DNA of 60,720 bases, counting the filler, from Actinomycetota bacterium (lineage in GTDB: Bacteria > Actinomycetota > Acidimicrobiia > IMCC26256 > VFJJ01): the NCBI GenBank assembly GCA_009886115.1. It is 4 parts of 4 records of this genome, joined end to end, with 100 filler letters (N's around TTAATTAATTAA, not from the genome) between each part and the next. Parts side by side here need not be neighbours in the genome. Positions count along the whole stretch, not along the records: positions 5,419 to 32,765 come from VFJJ01000011.1; 3 more parts are not named here. The stretch is one strand, 5' to 3'. A program made the translations under genes and the position numbers. Positions 17,798 to 29,272 of this stretch are shown here, piece after piece. The notes below the pieces were generated by a model. The model was given only the letters and a program-made list of their open reading frames with translations. It ran no database searches and was not told the origin of the DNA. Every line of letters begins with the position of its first letter. Position 1 is the stretch's first letter.

Positions 17798-18661
17798 ATG
17801 CGGTCGGTGCTGATCTCCGGAGCGTCGCGAGGGCTCGGTCGGGCTATCGCGCTCGAGGTCGCCCGTCGCGGATCGACGGTGTTCGCCGGCGTGCGCACCG
17901 ACGCTGCCGCGGAGACGCTGCGAGCCGAGACGCCGCTCGTCCCCGTGCGGCTCGACGTTCGCGACGCCGCCTCGATCGACGCTGCCGTGACCGAGGTCTG
18001 CCTGCTGACCGGGGGCCGTCTCGACGCCGTCGTGCACAACGCCGGGATCGCCGTCGGCGGCGCCTTCGAGGACGTGCCCGATGCCGCGGCCCGTGAGGTG
18101 TTCGAGACGAACGTCTTCGGCGTCTTCGCGCTGACCCGGCGGGTGCTCCCCGTCATGCGGGCCCGGGGCCACGGCCGGATCGTCGTGATCTCGAGCAGTG
18201 CGGGGGCGCTCGGCAACCCGGCCCTGTCGCTGTACGCGTCGACCAAGTGGGCCCTCGAAGGATGGGCCGAGTCGGTGGTGGTCGAGTTGGCCAGCGTCGG
18301 GATCGATCTGTGCATGGTTGAGCCCGGGCCCTACCGGTCGGAGATCTTCGAGCGCTCGCCCCGCCACCGGCCCGCCGACACGGCCTACGCCGGGGTCGTC
18401 GACGCCGTGGAGCGTCATGTCGACATCACGGTCAAGCGCCAGGCCGGCGATCCGACCGAGGTGGCCGTGGCCGTCGCCGATCTCCTCGACGCCGATCGGC
18501 CGCGCTTTCGGACCCCGGTCGGCCGTGACGGTCGTGTCGCCTGGGCCATGCGGGGCATCGTCCCGTGGTCGGTCCGCCAGCGCATCGTGCGCCGGGTCCT
18601 GAAGCTGCCGGCTCCGAGCGGGACCGACGGGCCGATGTCCGCCGGGGCGACCGTCCGATGA
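17798..18661 (+). CDS. Short-chain dehydrogenase/reductase
   Basis: GASRGLG, HNAG and YASTK. Confidence 0.92.
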   Translation: MRSVLISGASRGLGRAIALEVARRGSTVFAGVRTDAAAETLRAETPLVPVRLDVRDAASIDAAVTEVCLLTGGRLDAVVHNAGIAVGGAFEDVPDAAAREVFETNVFGVFALTRRVLPVMRARGHGRIVVISSSAGALGNPALSLYASTKWALEGWAESVVVELASVGIDLCMVEPGPYRSEIFERSPRHRPADTAYAGVVDAVERHVDITVKRQAGDPTEVAVAVADLLDADRPRFRTPVGRDGRVAWAMRGIVPWSVRQRIVRRVLKLPAPSGTDGPMSAGATVR

Positions 18662-19323
18662 ACGAGCGCTCGCCCGAGGACCCGACGGGCACGCCGTCGA
18701 CGGGCACGCCGCCGCCGGGTCCCGCCCGTCCGGCCCGCCCGGCCCGTCCGGCCCGCCCCGCTCCCGGGAGCGTCGCCGGCACTCGCCGAACTCGCCCTGC
18801 GCCCCCGCCGCCCCCGCCGCTGCTCGCGTCGCGGCCCACGGTGGTGCTCCCACCCGACGCTGCTCGCCGCGGTCGCGGCATCGTGGCGGCGTCGTGGACG
18901 GCCACCGCGGTCTTCTGCGCGGTGGCCATCCCGGCCGGGTCCGGTGTGAACGGCTTCGGCCGACCCGCGGTCGTCACGTCGCTGGTGCTGTTCGGCATCT
19001 CGATCCCGGTGTGGATCGTGGCCCTGGTACGGGGTGCGGTGCGCACGACCGAGGGCGACGCCGTCGATGTGCCCGGCCTGTTCTTCCTCTCGGGATCGGC
19101 ACCGCCGGTCATCCGACGTCACCTCTTCGGGGCGAGCGCGCTGTGCCTGGCGGTCGGCATGGCGACCGCCTTCCGGGAGCCCTTCTCGTTCCTGGCGTGG
19201 ATGCTCCCGTTCGGGCTCGTCGGGCTGTGGGGCGCGCGGCACGGCACCTATCCGCCTCGACCGTCGCCCCCACCCAGACCCGGATCGCCGAGGGCGCAGG
19301 CCCCGCCGAACGAGCCGGTCTGA
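18658..19323 (+). CDS. Membrane protein with Pro/Arg-rich N-terminus
   Basis: ATGA overlap with the SDR gene. About four TM helices, GLFFLSGSAP, GLWGARHG and PAR tripeptide repeats near the N-terminus. Confidence 0.75.
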   Translation: MNERSPEDPTGTPSTGTPPPGPARPARPARPARPAPGSVAGTRRTRPAPPPPPPLLASRPTVVLPPDAARRGRGIVAASWTATAVFCAVAIPAGSGVNGFGRPAVVTSLVLFGISIPVWIVALVRGAVRTTEGDAVDVPGLFFLSGSAPPVIRRHLFGASALCLAVGMATAFREPFSFLAWMLPFGLVGLWGARHGTYPPRPSPPPRPGSPRAQAPPNEPV

Positions 19324-19324
19324 C

Positions 19325-20515
19325 GTGCGGATGCTGTTGTTCACCGGCAAGGGCGGGGTGGGCAAGACCACCGTCGCCGCGGCCACGGCGGCGCACGCCG
19401 CGTCGCTCGGGGTGCGCACGCTGGTCGTCTCGACCGATGCCGCCCACTCCCTCGCCGACGCGTACGACATCGCGTTGGGCGACGAGCCCACCGTCATCGC
19501 CGAGGGTCTGGAAGGCCAGCAGCTCGACGCCCGCATCCGCATGGAGCGTTCGTGGGGTGAAGTGCGTGATCACCTCGTCGCTCTGCTGGGATGGGCCGGC
19601 GCCGGCACGATCGAGGCCGAGGAGCTCGCGGTCATCCCCGGCTTCGAGGAGGTGTTCGCGCTCATCGACCTCGTGGAGCTGGCCGAGTGCGGCCGCTACG
19701 AACTGGTCGTCGTCGACTGCGCCCCGACGGCCGAGACGCTCCGGCTGCTCTCGTTGCCCGAGGTGCTGCGGTGGTACATGGCGAGGATCTTCCCCGTGCA
19801 CCGCACCATCACCAAGCTGATCCGGCCGATCGTGAGTCGAGCCGTCAGCATGCCCATTCCCGGCGACGATGTCTTCAACGCCGTTGAACGGCTGCACGAT
19901 CGCTTGGAGCGGGTGCGGAAGCTGTTGATCGATCCGGCGATCACGAGTGCCCGCTTGGTCGTCAACGCGGAGCGGATCGTGGTGGCGGAGGCGCGCCGTA
20001 CCTCCACGTACCTCTCGCTCTTCGGCTACACCGTCGATGCCGTCGTCATCAACCGCTTGCTCCCGGAGGCCGTCGCCGATCCGTGGTTCGACCGCTGGCG
20101 GGCCATCCACGCCGAGCAGGTGGCCGAGATCGAGCGATCGTTCGAGCCCGTGCCCTGTCTGCGCGTCGAGCTGGCTGGTACCGAGGTCGTGGGCATCGAA
20201 GCCCTCCGGGCGCTCGGCGCCTCCCTGCACGGTCATCGATCGCCGCTCGAGCACTGGTCGGCGGGTTCGGCGCTCACCGTCGAGGCGCGGGGCGATCTCC
20301 GGGTTCTCACGCTGCCGCTGCCGGGCGTCACCCGATCGGAGGTCGATCTCGTACAGCACGACCGTGATCTCATCGTCACGATCGGGCCGTACCGGCGAGC
20401 GATCGCCCTCCCCGACAGCTTGGCTCGGCGGTCGGTCCAGGGAGCTCGACTCGTCGACGATCGTCTGGAGGTGGAGTTCGTCGACCGGGCAGCCCGAGCC
20501 GAAGACGTGCGATGA
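19325..20515 (+). CDS. ArsA/GET3-like ATPase with C-terminal HSP20-like domain
   Basis: FTGKGGVGKTT, STDAAHSL, VVDCAPTAETLRLL and a C-terminal beta domain (LIVTIGPYRRAIALP). Confidence 0.92.
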   Translation: MRMLLFTGKGGVGKTTVAAATAAHAASLGVRTLVVSTDAAHSLADAYDIALGDEPTVIAEGLEGQQLDARIRMERSWGEVRDHLVALLGWAGAGTIEAEELAVIPGFEEVFALIDLVELAECGRYELVVVDCAPTAETLRLLSLPEVLRWYMARIFPVHRTITKLIRPIVSRAVSMPIPGDDVFNAVERLHDRLERVRKLLIDPAITSARLVVNAERIVVAEARRTSTYLSLFGYTVDAVVINRLLPEAVADPWFDRWRAIHAEQVAEIERSFEPVPCLRVELAGTEVVGIEALRALGASLHGHRSPLEHWSAGSALTVEARGDLRVLTLPLPGVTRSEVDLVQHDRDLIVTIGPYRRAIALPDSLARRSVQGARLVDDRLEVEFVDRAARAEDVR

Positions 20516-20850
20516 TGAGCGACGTGGAGAACGAAGCGAGCCCGTGTGCCGTGTGTCCCATGGCGATGGCACGAGGTGCGTGGCAGCAGGTTCCCCCCGA
20601 GACCGCCGACCACCTGCTCGGCGCAGCCGCCGGGATCCTGGCTGCGCTGCGCACCCTGATCGTGGCGGGCGAGCAGCTGATCGACCTGCAGCGCCAACGT
20701 GTGAGCCCCTCGACCACCTCGCCGGCGGGGGACGGTTCCGACGACGGCTCCGGTCGCGACCACGGATCGGCGAGCGCCGGACGGTCGACGGGGCCGGCTG
20801 CCACGACGCCGACGGGGTCTCGGCGGCTCCGGCGCATCGACATCGCGTGA
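20512..20850 (+). CDS. Hypothetical protein co-translated with the ArsA-like ATPase
   Basis: CAVCP, PETADHLL..A and C-terminal RRIDI. Start overlaps the ArsA stop. Confidence 0.7.
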   Translation: MMSDVENEASPCAVCPMAMARGAWQQVPPETADHLLGAAAGILAALRTLIVAGEQLIDLQRQRVSPSTTSPAGDGSDDGSGRDHGSASAGRSTGPAATTPTGSRRLRRIDIA

Positions 20851-20872
20851 GCCTGCGCGTGGCCGGGTTGCG

Positions 20873-21694
20873 GTGATGGTGCGCTTCGGCGTCACCCTGC
20901 CCCAGTTTCGCGACGATCCCGAACCGGTGCTGGAACAGGCCGTCAGGGCCGAGGTCGCCGGGCTCGACGGGGTGTTCCTGTACGACCATCTCTTCCGGGT
21001 CGATCGCAGCGGTCCGGCCGGCACGCCCGAGGAGCGTCCAGCGCTCGACCTGCCCTCGCTGCTCGGTGCCGTCGTGGTCGAGACCCGCACGATCACCGTG
21101 GGCTCGCTCGTGGCCCGGGCCACGCTGCGACCACCGCCGCTGACGGCGGCCATGTTCGCGACCGCGACGGCGATCGCAGGCGACGCGCCGCGCGGGATGG
21201 GCGGCGACGGTGCCGGACGGGGCCGGATCGTGGCGGCCCTCGGCTCCGGTGATCGTGAGAGCCAGATCGAGCACGACCGTTTCGGGATCCCCGTGGGATC
21301 ACTGGCCGAGCGGGTCGCTCGCCTCGCCGAGACGGTCGAGTGCTGCCGGGCCGGCGCGATCACGACCTGGGTCGGTGGCAGCCATCCCGCGGTGCTCGCC
21401 GTCGCCGGGTCGTTGGCCCACGGCTGGAACCGCTGGGGTGGCAGTCCCGACGACCTCGAGACCGGCCGCGCGACCGTGCGACAGGCAGCCGAGGCCGCCG
21501 GACGGGACCCGGCCGAGGTGGTCGTCACCTGGGGTGGCGTGGTCGACCTCACCCGACCCGTCGCCGAGCTGGTCGGCGAGCTGGTGCCGTACATCGATGC
21601 CGGGGCCGAGTGGATCGTCGTCGGTCCGCGCGACGCCGCCGCTCCCGAAGCAGCGGCGATCGTCAGGGAGATCGCCGAGCGACTCACGGCCTGA
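20873..21694 (+). CDS. LLM-class flavin-dependent oxidoreductase (short form)
   Basis: [34 protein letters not shown] and GWN. Confidence 0.8.
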   Translation: MMVRFGVTLPQFRDDPEPVLEQAVRAEVAGLDGVFLYDHLFRVDRSGPAGTPEERPALDLPSLLGAVVVETRTITVGSLVARATLRPPPLTAAMFATATAIAGDAPRGMGGDGAGRGRIVAALGSGDRESQIEHDRFGIPVGSLAERVARLAETVECCRAGAITTWVGGSHPAVLAVAGSLAHGWNRWGGSPDDLETGRATVRQAAEAAGRDPAEVVVTWGGVVDLTRPVAELVGELVPYIDAGAEWIVVGPRDAAAPEAAAIVREIAERLTA

Positions 21695-21755
21695 CCCACC
21701 ACGCGCGTCCGGAGACGGGCCGGGCCGTCGCCGCGCCAACTGGTACCGTTCAGAC

Positions 21756-22946
21756 GTGGAATTTCGTCGGATCAACGGGCTCCCGCCCTACGTGTTCTCG
21801 ATCATCAACGGGTTGCGCGAGCAGGCCCGCCGAGCGGGCGAGGACATCATCGACCTGGCCTTCGGCAACCCCGACATCCCGTCGCCGAAGGTGGCCGTCG
21901 ACAAGCTGGCCGAGGCCGTCTACAACGAGCGCAACCACCGGTACTCGGCCAGCCGGGGCATTCCCAACCTGCGCAAGGCGATCTGCTCGCTGTACCAGCG
22001 GCGCTTCGGCGTCGAGCTCGATCCCGACACCGAAGCCATCACCACCATCGGGGCCAAGGAGGGCTTCTCGCACCTCATGTGGGTGCTGCTCGGCCCGGGC
22101 GACTCGGCGCTGGTGCCGAGCCCGTCGTACCCGATCCACATCTGGGGTCCGGTGCTCGCCGGTGCCGACATCCGCTCGGTGCCCATGGGTCCCGGCGGGA
22201 TGCTCGCCACCGACGAGTTCTTCCAGAACCTGAGCGACACCTACGAGCGCTCGTGGCCCCGGCCCCGGGTGCTCGTCATGTCGTTCCCCCACAACCCCAC
22301 GTGCTCGGTGGTCGATCTCGAGTTCATGACCAAGGCGGTGGCCTGGGCCATCGAACGCTCGGTGCTCATCGTGCACGACTTCGCCTATGCCGAGACGTCG
22401 TTCGACGGCTACGTTCCCCCGTCGATCCTGCAGGTTCCCGGGGCCAAGGATTGCGCGGTCGAGCTCTACACGCTCACCAAGTCCTTCTCGATGGCCGGCT
22501 GGCGGGTCGGGTTCGTGCTCGGCAACCCCGAGGTCGTCGGGGCGTTGGCCAAGCTCAAGTCGTACCTCGACTACGGCACGTTCCAGCCCATCCAGATCGC
22601 GTCGATCGTGGCCATGAACGAGGCTCCTGAGTACCCGCTCGAGGTGAACGAGATCTACCGGGGCCGCCGCGACACGCTGATCGACGGGCTGGCTCGGATC
22701 GGATGGGAGGTGCCCCGTCCGCTCGGCACGATGTTCGCCTGGGCGCCCATCCCCGAGCCCTACCGCGACATGACCAGCGTGGAGTTCGCCATGATGTGCG
22801 TGCGCGACGCCAAGGTCGCCATATCGCCCGGCGAGGGGTTCGGCCCGGGTGGTGAGGGGTTCGTGCGCTTCGCTCTCGTCGAGAACGAGCAGCGCATCCT
22901 GCAAGCGGTGCGGGGCCTCAAGCGGGCGCTCCCGAAGCTCGGATGA
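21756..22946 (+). CDS. Class I/II PLP aminotransferase, AlaC-like alanine transaminase
   Basis: [41 protein letters not shown] and [18 protein letters not shown] 6 nt before the GTG. Confidence 0.92.
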   Translation: MEFRRINGLPPYVFSIINGLREQARRAGEDIIDLAFGNPDIPSPKVAVDKLAEAVYNERNHRYSASRGIPNLRKAICSLYQRRFGVELDPDTEAITTIGAKEGFSHLMWVLLGPGDSALVPSPSYPIHIWGPVLAGADIRSVPMGPGGMLATDEFFQNLSDTYERSWPRPRVLVMSFPHNPTCSVVDLEFMTKAVAWAIERSVLIVHDFAYAETSFDGYVPPSILQVPGAKDCAVELYTLTKSFSMAGWRVGFVLGNPEVVGALAKLKSYLDYGTFQPIQIASIVAMNEAPEYPLEVNEIYRGRRDTLIDGLARIGWEVPRPLGTMFAWAPIPEPYRDMTSVEFAMMCVRDAKVAISPGEGFGPGGEGFVRFALVENEQRILQAVRGLKRALPKLG

Positions 22947-23926
22947 ACCCGTCACCGGCTGACGCGACGATCGAGCGAGAGCCTCCGGCCCCGGTGCGCA
23001 CCCGGGTGAGCGAGATGCTCGGGGTCGACTACCCGATCGTGCAGGCCCCCATGGGCTACATCGCCCGAGCGCAGCTGGCATCGGCCGTGTCGAACGCCGG
23101 TGGCCTGGGCATCATCGAGTCCTCGACCGGCCAGCTCGACGTCATCCGCGACGAGATCGCGAGCATGGCCGACCGCACCGTCCTGCCCTTCGGCGTGAAC
23201 GTGGCCCAGCTCTTCGTGCGCGACCCGGCGATCGTCGACTTCCTCGTCGACAACGGGGTGCGCTTCGTCACCACCTCGGCCGGCGATCCCACCATGTTCA
23301 CCAAGGCGTTGAAGGACGCCGGGCTCACGGTCTTCCACGTCGTCCCCTCGTTGCGGGCGGCCCTCAAGGCCGTCGACGCCGGTGTCGACGGGCTCGTGGT
23401 CGAGGGAGGCGAGGGTGGTGGCTTCAAGGCCCAGCGCGACGTCTCGACCATGGTGTTGTTGCCACTCGTGTGCTCGAAGGTCGACGTGCCCGTCATCGCT
23501 GCCGGTGGCATCTGCGACGGCCGGTCGATGGCCGCCGCCTTCGCGCTGGGCGCCGAGGCGGTGCAGATGGGCACCCGCATGGTCTCGGCCGCGGAGTCGC
23601 CCGTGCATCAGAACTGGAAAGACCTCATCGTCGCCACGCCCGAGACGGGCACCATCATGCTGAACCGCTTCCACAAGCCGGGGTTCCGGGTGCTGGCGAC
23701 CCCGCTGGCGGAACGCCTCGAGCAGTCGAGTGAACGGGTCACGATGGGCGAGCCCGGCCGCATCACCGACTGGTACTTCGGCGGCGACGCCGAGGCCATG
23801 TTCGCCTTCGGCGGCCAGGTGGCCGGTCGTATCGAGGAGATCCGCCCGGTGCGCGACATCCTCTGGGACACCATCGACGAGTTCCGGGCCGTGACCGCGT
23901 CGCTCGGCGACCGCTTCGCCACGTAG
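22943..23926 (+). CDS. Nitronate monooxygenase / FabK-like flavoenzyme
   Basis: [24 protein letters not shown] and [24 protein letters not shown]. Confidence 0.9.
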   Translation: MNPSPADATIEREPPAPVRTRVSEMLGVDYPIVQAPMGYIARAQLASAVSNAGGLGIIESSTGQLDVIRDEIASMADRTVLPFGVNVAQLFVRDPAIVDFLVDNGVRFVTTSAGDPTMFTKALKDAGLTVFHVVPSLRAALKAVDAGVDGLVVEGGEGGGFKAQRDVSTMVLLPLVCSKVDVPVIAAGGICDGRSMAAAFALGAEAVQMGTRMVSAAESPVHQNWKDLIVATPETGTIMLNRFHKPGFRVLATPLAERLEQSSERVTMGEPGRITDWYFGGDAEAMFAFGGQVAGRIEEIRPVRDILWDTIDEFRAVTASLGDRFAT

Positions 23927-23996
23927 CGGGAGCCGGCCGGAGCTCCGAGAAGTACTGCGGATCGTTCCGGTCGCCGGAGTCGGGGGCTCGTGCTCG

Positions 23997-25496
<1,500 letters not shown>

Positions 25497-25534
25497 GCCG
25501 GGGCAGGGTACCCCGGCTCCCGTACGATCGGCTC

Positions 25535-26401
25535 GTGTACACGCCGCTCGACTCCCTGCTGACGCTGCTCGATCTCGAGCAGCTCGAGGTCAACCTGTTC
25601 CGAGGGGTGAGCCCCGACGAGCGCCGCCAACGGGTCTTCGGGGGCCAGGTCGCCGGCCAGGCGCTGGTGGCCGCGGGGCGCACGGTCGACCGCTCCGACG
25701 GCCGCACGGTGCACAGCCTTCACGCCTACTTCCTCCGGCCCGGCGATCCCACCGTCCCCATCATCTTCGACGTCGACCGGATCCGTGACGGGCGCTCGTT
25801 CACGACGCGCCGGGTCGTGGCCATCCAACACGGGCGGGCGATCTTCAACCTGGCGGCGTCGTTCCACATCCCCGAGGACGGTCCCAGCCACGCCGACGGG
25901 CTCCCCGACGTGCCCGGGCCCGAGGGTCTGAAGAACGTGCGCACGGTGCTCGACGAGCGTGGCCTGTCGATGATGGGCGCCGAGTTCCTGATGCCCGTCG
26001 AGCAGCGCTACGTCGACCAGGATTCGTGGTGGAACGAGACCCCCCGCTCGGCCGACCAGATGATCTGGATGAAAGCCGACGGGGTGCTCCCCGACGATCC
26101 GATGCTGCACTGCTGCGTCGCGGCCTACGCCTCCGACTTGATGCTGCTCGACTCGATGACCCTGCCCCACGGCCTCACCTGGATGCAGAACAACGTCGAG
26201 ATGGCCTCGCTCGACCATGCCATGTGGTTCCACGCACCGTTCCGGGTCGACGAGTGGCTTCTCTACTCGATGCACAGCCCGGCCACCGGGCGCGGGCGGG
26301 GCCTGGCCCAGGGCACCATGTTCACCCATGACGGGCGCCTCGCCGTGACGGTCATGCAGGAAGGGCTCCTGCGCCCGAAGACACCCGCCCGGCCCGCCTG
26401 A
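25535..26401 (+). CDS. tesB: Acyl-CoA thioesterase II
   Basis: RVFGGQVAGQAL, HSLHAYFLRPG, RDGRSFTTRRV, AYASD, ASLDHAMWFH and QEGL. Confidence 0.94.
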   Translation: MYTPLDSLLTLLDLEQLEVNLFRGVSPDERRQRVFGGQVAGQALVAAGRTVDRSDGRTVHSLHAYFLRPGDPTVPIIFDVDRIRDGRSFTTRRVVAIQHGRAIFNLAASFHIPEDGPSHADGLPDVPGPEGLKNVRTVLDERGLSMMGAEFLMPVEQRYVDQDSWWNETPRSADQMIWMKADGVLPDDPMLHCCVAAYASDLMLLDSMTLPHGLTWMQNNVEMASLDHAMWFHAPFRVDEWLLYSMHSPATGRGRGLAQGTMFTHDGRLAVTVMQEGLLRPKTPARPA

Positions 26402-26407
26402 GGAATC

Positions 26408-26812
26408 TCAGCCAGGCGCAGCGTCGCCCGACTCCATCGCCGCGTCGTGCGACGCGGGGTCTCCGTGCGACGCGGGGTCTCCGTGCGACGCGGTGTCTTC
26501 GCCGGAGGAGACGACGGGCCGCTCCGGTGTCGCCTCCGACCTGCCGGCCAGGAAGGTCTGGTTGCGCTCCCACTCGCTCATGGCCCGCAACACCAGCACC
26601 GAGACGACCGCCACCCCGCCGGCGCCGACCAGTGCGCCGATGATCGCCCCCACGGCGTTCGCCGTGGAGCAATCGGCGCCCTCGGCGCAGCCGACGTCGA
26701 CCACGGCGAAGCCCACCAGGGCGCCCGAGAGCCCGGCGATCACGATGGCCACGAAGGCCAGCACGAACGAGACCCGCCCGGCCGGGCGTCGAGGAATCGG
26801 GAGATCGACCAC
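26408..26812 (-). CDS. Small two-TM membrane protein with C-terminal 18-nt tandem repeat (ASHGDP)
   Basis: LAFVAIVIAGLSGALVG and AGGVAVVSVLVLRAMSEW. Repeat GTGCGACGCGGGGTCTCC x~2.5 at ~26447-26493. Confidence 0.72.
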   Translation of the reverse strand: MVDLPIPRRPAGRVSFVLAFVAIVIAGLSGALVGFAVVDVGCAEGADCSTANAVGAIIGALVGAGGVAVVSVLVLRAMSEWERNQTFLAGRSEATPERPVVSSGEDTASHGDPASHGDPASHDAAMESGDAAPG

Positions 26813-27014
26813 GGGCTCGATGGTATGCCGCGGCCCCGTCCGCCTCGGGGGTCGGTAGCGAGGTCGTGCGCCTGACGGGTCGACGTCGTACCGGCCGCTG
26901 TGTGCCCGACGCCTGCGTGCCCGAGGGGCCGACGTCGGACGGGTCGCCGTCGACCGTCAGCGGTGAGCGTCGCCGAGACCTCGTCGGCCGCGAGTCGGCG
27001 CGAAACTCCTCGCC

Positions 27015-27509
27015 ATGGAGTTCACGGTGGCGGGTGGGATCATCGAGCACGACGGGCGGCTGCTCATGGTGAAGAACCTGCGCCGCCAGGGAACCGTCGA
27101 CTGGAGCACCCCGGGCGGGGTCGTCGATCCCGGCGACACCTCACCCTCGGCCGGCCTCACCCGCGAGGTCGCCGAGGAGACCGGGCTGGCCGTCGGCGGC
27201 TGGGAAGGCCCGCTCTACGAGGTCGTCACGCATGCACCGGCGTGGGGCTGGACCATGCGCTGCTTCGTGTTCCGGGCCACGAGCTGGTCGGGTGAGATCG
27301 TCGTCGACGATCCCGACGGCATCGTCGTCGAGGCCGTGTTCGTCGAGCCGGCCCGCCACGCCGAGCTCCTGGGCGGGTGCTTCCCCTGGGTCGCCGAGCC
27401 GTTGAGCGCCTGGCTCGACGAACGCTGGACGGTCGACGCCCGGCGCACGTTCCGCTTCGAGGTGGCCGGCGAGAGCATGACCTCCCTGCGGGTCACCGCA
27501 CGGGGATGA
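27015..27509 (+). CDS. NUDIX hydrolase
   Basis: WSTPGGVVDPGD..AGLTREVAEETGL Nudix box. Confidence 0.9.
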   Translation: MEFTVAGGIIEHDGRLLMVKNLRRQGTVDWSTPGGVVDPGDTSPSAGLTREVAEETGLAVGGWEGPLYEVVTHAPAWGWTMRCFVFRATSWSGEIVVDDPDGIVVEAVFVEPARHAELLGGCFPWVAEPLSAWLDERWTVDARRTFRFEVAGESMTSLRVTARG

Positions 27510-28801
27510 CCTCGGCGCAGCCGCCCCCGGCGCCCGCCATCTCGATCCTCCACTGCGATCTCGACGCGTTCTACGCCTCGGTCGAGCAGCTCGACCGCCC
27601 CGAGCTGCGGGGCCGGCCCGTCATCGTGGGGGGTACCACCAACCGGGGCGTCGTGGCCGCAGCGAGCTACGAGGCCCGGGTCTTCGGTGTGCACTCGGCC
27701 CTGCCGATCGCCCGGGCCCGACGCCTGTGCCCGCACGGCGAGTACGTGGTGCCCCGTTTCGAGCGCTATCAGGAGATGAGCCGCGAGGTCTTCGCCATCC
27801 TGCGCTCGTTCACCCCGCTCGTGGAGCCGCTCTCGTCCGACGAGGCCTTCCTCGACGTGTCGGGCGCCCATCGGCTCTTCGGGACCGGCCCCGAGATCGC
27901 AACCGAGATCAAGCGCCGGGTCCGCTCCGAGACCGGGCTCACGATCTCGGTCGGGGCCGCCACGACCAAGCTGCTGGCCAAGTTGGCCAGCGATCTCTCC
28001 AAGCCCGACGGCCTGCTGGTGGTCGAGCCGGGTCGGGAGCTCGCGTTCTTGCATCCGCTGCCCGTGCACCGGCTCTGGGGCGTGGGACCGGCCACCCTGG
28101 CCCGCCTCGAGCGCCTGGGAATCGGCACCATCGGCGATCTGGCCGCGACCGACGCCGCGGTGCTCGTGCGCCTGCTCGGCTCGGCCCAGGGCCAGCATCT
28201 GCACGACCTGGCCCACAACCGCGATCACCGTCCGGTCGATCCGGCGCTCGAGGCCAAGTCGGTGGGCTCCGAGAACACGTTCCCCGTCGACCTGGTCACC
28301 GCGTCCGACCTCGAACGCGAGACCCTTCGGCTGGCCGATCAGACGGCGAGCCGGTTGCGTAAGGCCGGCCGCGCTGGACGCACGATCACGCTCAAGGTCC
28401 GCTGGTCGGACTTCCACACCGTCACCCGCTCGAGCACGCTCTCGGGCCCCACCGACGCATCGGCCGTCATCGCCCGGACGGCCCTCGAGCTGCTCCGCAG
28501 TGTGGAGGTCGGTGCGGGCGTGCGGCTGCTCGGTGTGACCGTCTCTGGATTCGGGGCCGCAACGGCCGAGCAGGCATCGCTGTTCGACCTCGGATCCGCC
28601 TCCGTGGGCCCGCTCGCGTCCGACCCGCTCGACGCGGCGCTCGACGGTCTGCGGGCCCGTTTCGGCGACAGCGTCGTCGACCGGGCCGGGTTGCTGGGCC
28701 GGTCGCGGAGGCCGGCACAACCCGTCGGGGGGTCGAAACCGACCGTCTCTGATGCCGACGAAGGGGTCATCCGCGGAGATGATGGCCGTGGCGCGTTGTG
28801 A
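27506..28801 (+). CDS. dinB: DNA polymerase IV
   Basis: ILHCDLDAFYASVE, AASYEARVFGV, SSDEAFLD, AKLASDLSKPDG and LWGVG. ATGA overlap with the NUDIX gene. Confidence 0.95.
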   Translation: MTSAQPPPAPAISILHCDLDAFYASVEQLDRPELRGRPVIVGGTTNRGVVAAASYEARVFGVHSALPIARARRLCPHGEYVVPRFERYQEMSREVFAILRSFTPLVEPLSSDEAFLDVSGAHRLFGTGPEIATEIKRRVRSETGLTISVGAATTKLLAKLASDLSKPDGLLVVEPGRELAFLHPLPVHRLWGVGPATLARLERLGIGTIGDLAATDAAVLVRLLGSAQGQHLHDLAHNRDHRPVDPALEAKSVGSENTFPVDLVTASDLERETLRLADQTASRLRKAGRAGRTITLKVRWSDFHTVTRSSTLSGPTDASAVIARTALELLRSVEVGAGVRLLGVTVSGFGAATAEQASLFDLGSASVGPLASDPLDAALDGLRARFGDSVVDRAGLLGRSRRPAQPVGGSKPTVSDADEGVIRGDDGRGAL

Positions 28802-28857
28802 CCGGTCCGTTCGCGCGCGAGAATGTCTTCGTCCCTCCACCGCCCGGAGCACCGTCG

Positions 28858-29217
28858 ATGCCGCTTTCCGAGGACGAGCAACGCATCCTGCAAGAGATCG
28901 AGGCGCATCTCTCCGCGACCGACCCCGATCTCGTCCAGCAGGTGAGCGAGACCACCGTCTACCGCCACGGGGCCCGCCAGATCAGGTGGTTCACCCTCCT
29001 GTTCGTGGTGGGCTTCGCGCTGTTGCTGCTCACGTTCGCCTCGTCGCTCCTGCTGGGGTTCGTTGGCTTCCTCGTGATGCTCGTCGCCGCGTTGCAGATC
29101 GCGCTGAACCTGCGTCGCCTGGGCAAGGCCGGCATCCAGAGCATCACCGATTCGTTCCGCGGCCATGGGGGCCTCAAGGGAATCGTGAGACGTCCGGGCC
29201 GTCAGAACGACGCCTGA
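28858..29217 (+). CDS. DUF3040 family membrane protein
   Basis: MPLSEDEQRILQEIE..L...DP followed by two TM helices. Confidence 0.9.
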   Translation: MPLSEDEQRILQEIEAHLSATDPDLVQQVSETTVYRHGARQIRWFTLLFVVGFALLLLTFASSLLLGFVGFLVMLVAALQIALNLRRLGKAGIQSITDSFRGHGGLKGIVRRPGRQNDA

Positions 29218-29237
29218 ACCGCCGACGCCTGAACCGC
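29208..29237. repeat. 15-bp tandem duplication spanning the DUF3040 stop
   Basis: CGACGCCTGAACCGC x2. Confidence 0.8.
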
Positions 29238-29272
29238 CCCGTGCGAGCTCCCGCTGCGCTCGGGTGGGATCG

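Noticed and set aside
19109..21274. Long antisense or alternate-frame ORFs (e.g. 721 aa here, 30305-32194, 43670-45508, 22952-24631)
   Set aside because: Arg/Pro/Gly-rich shadows of well-supported genes, expected at this GC content.
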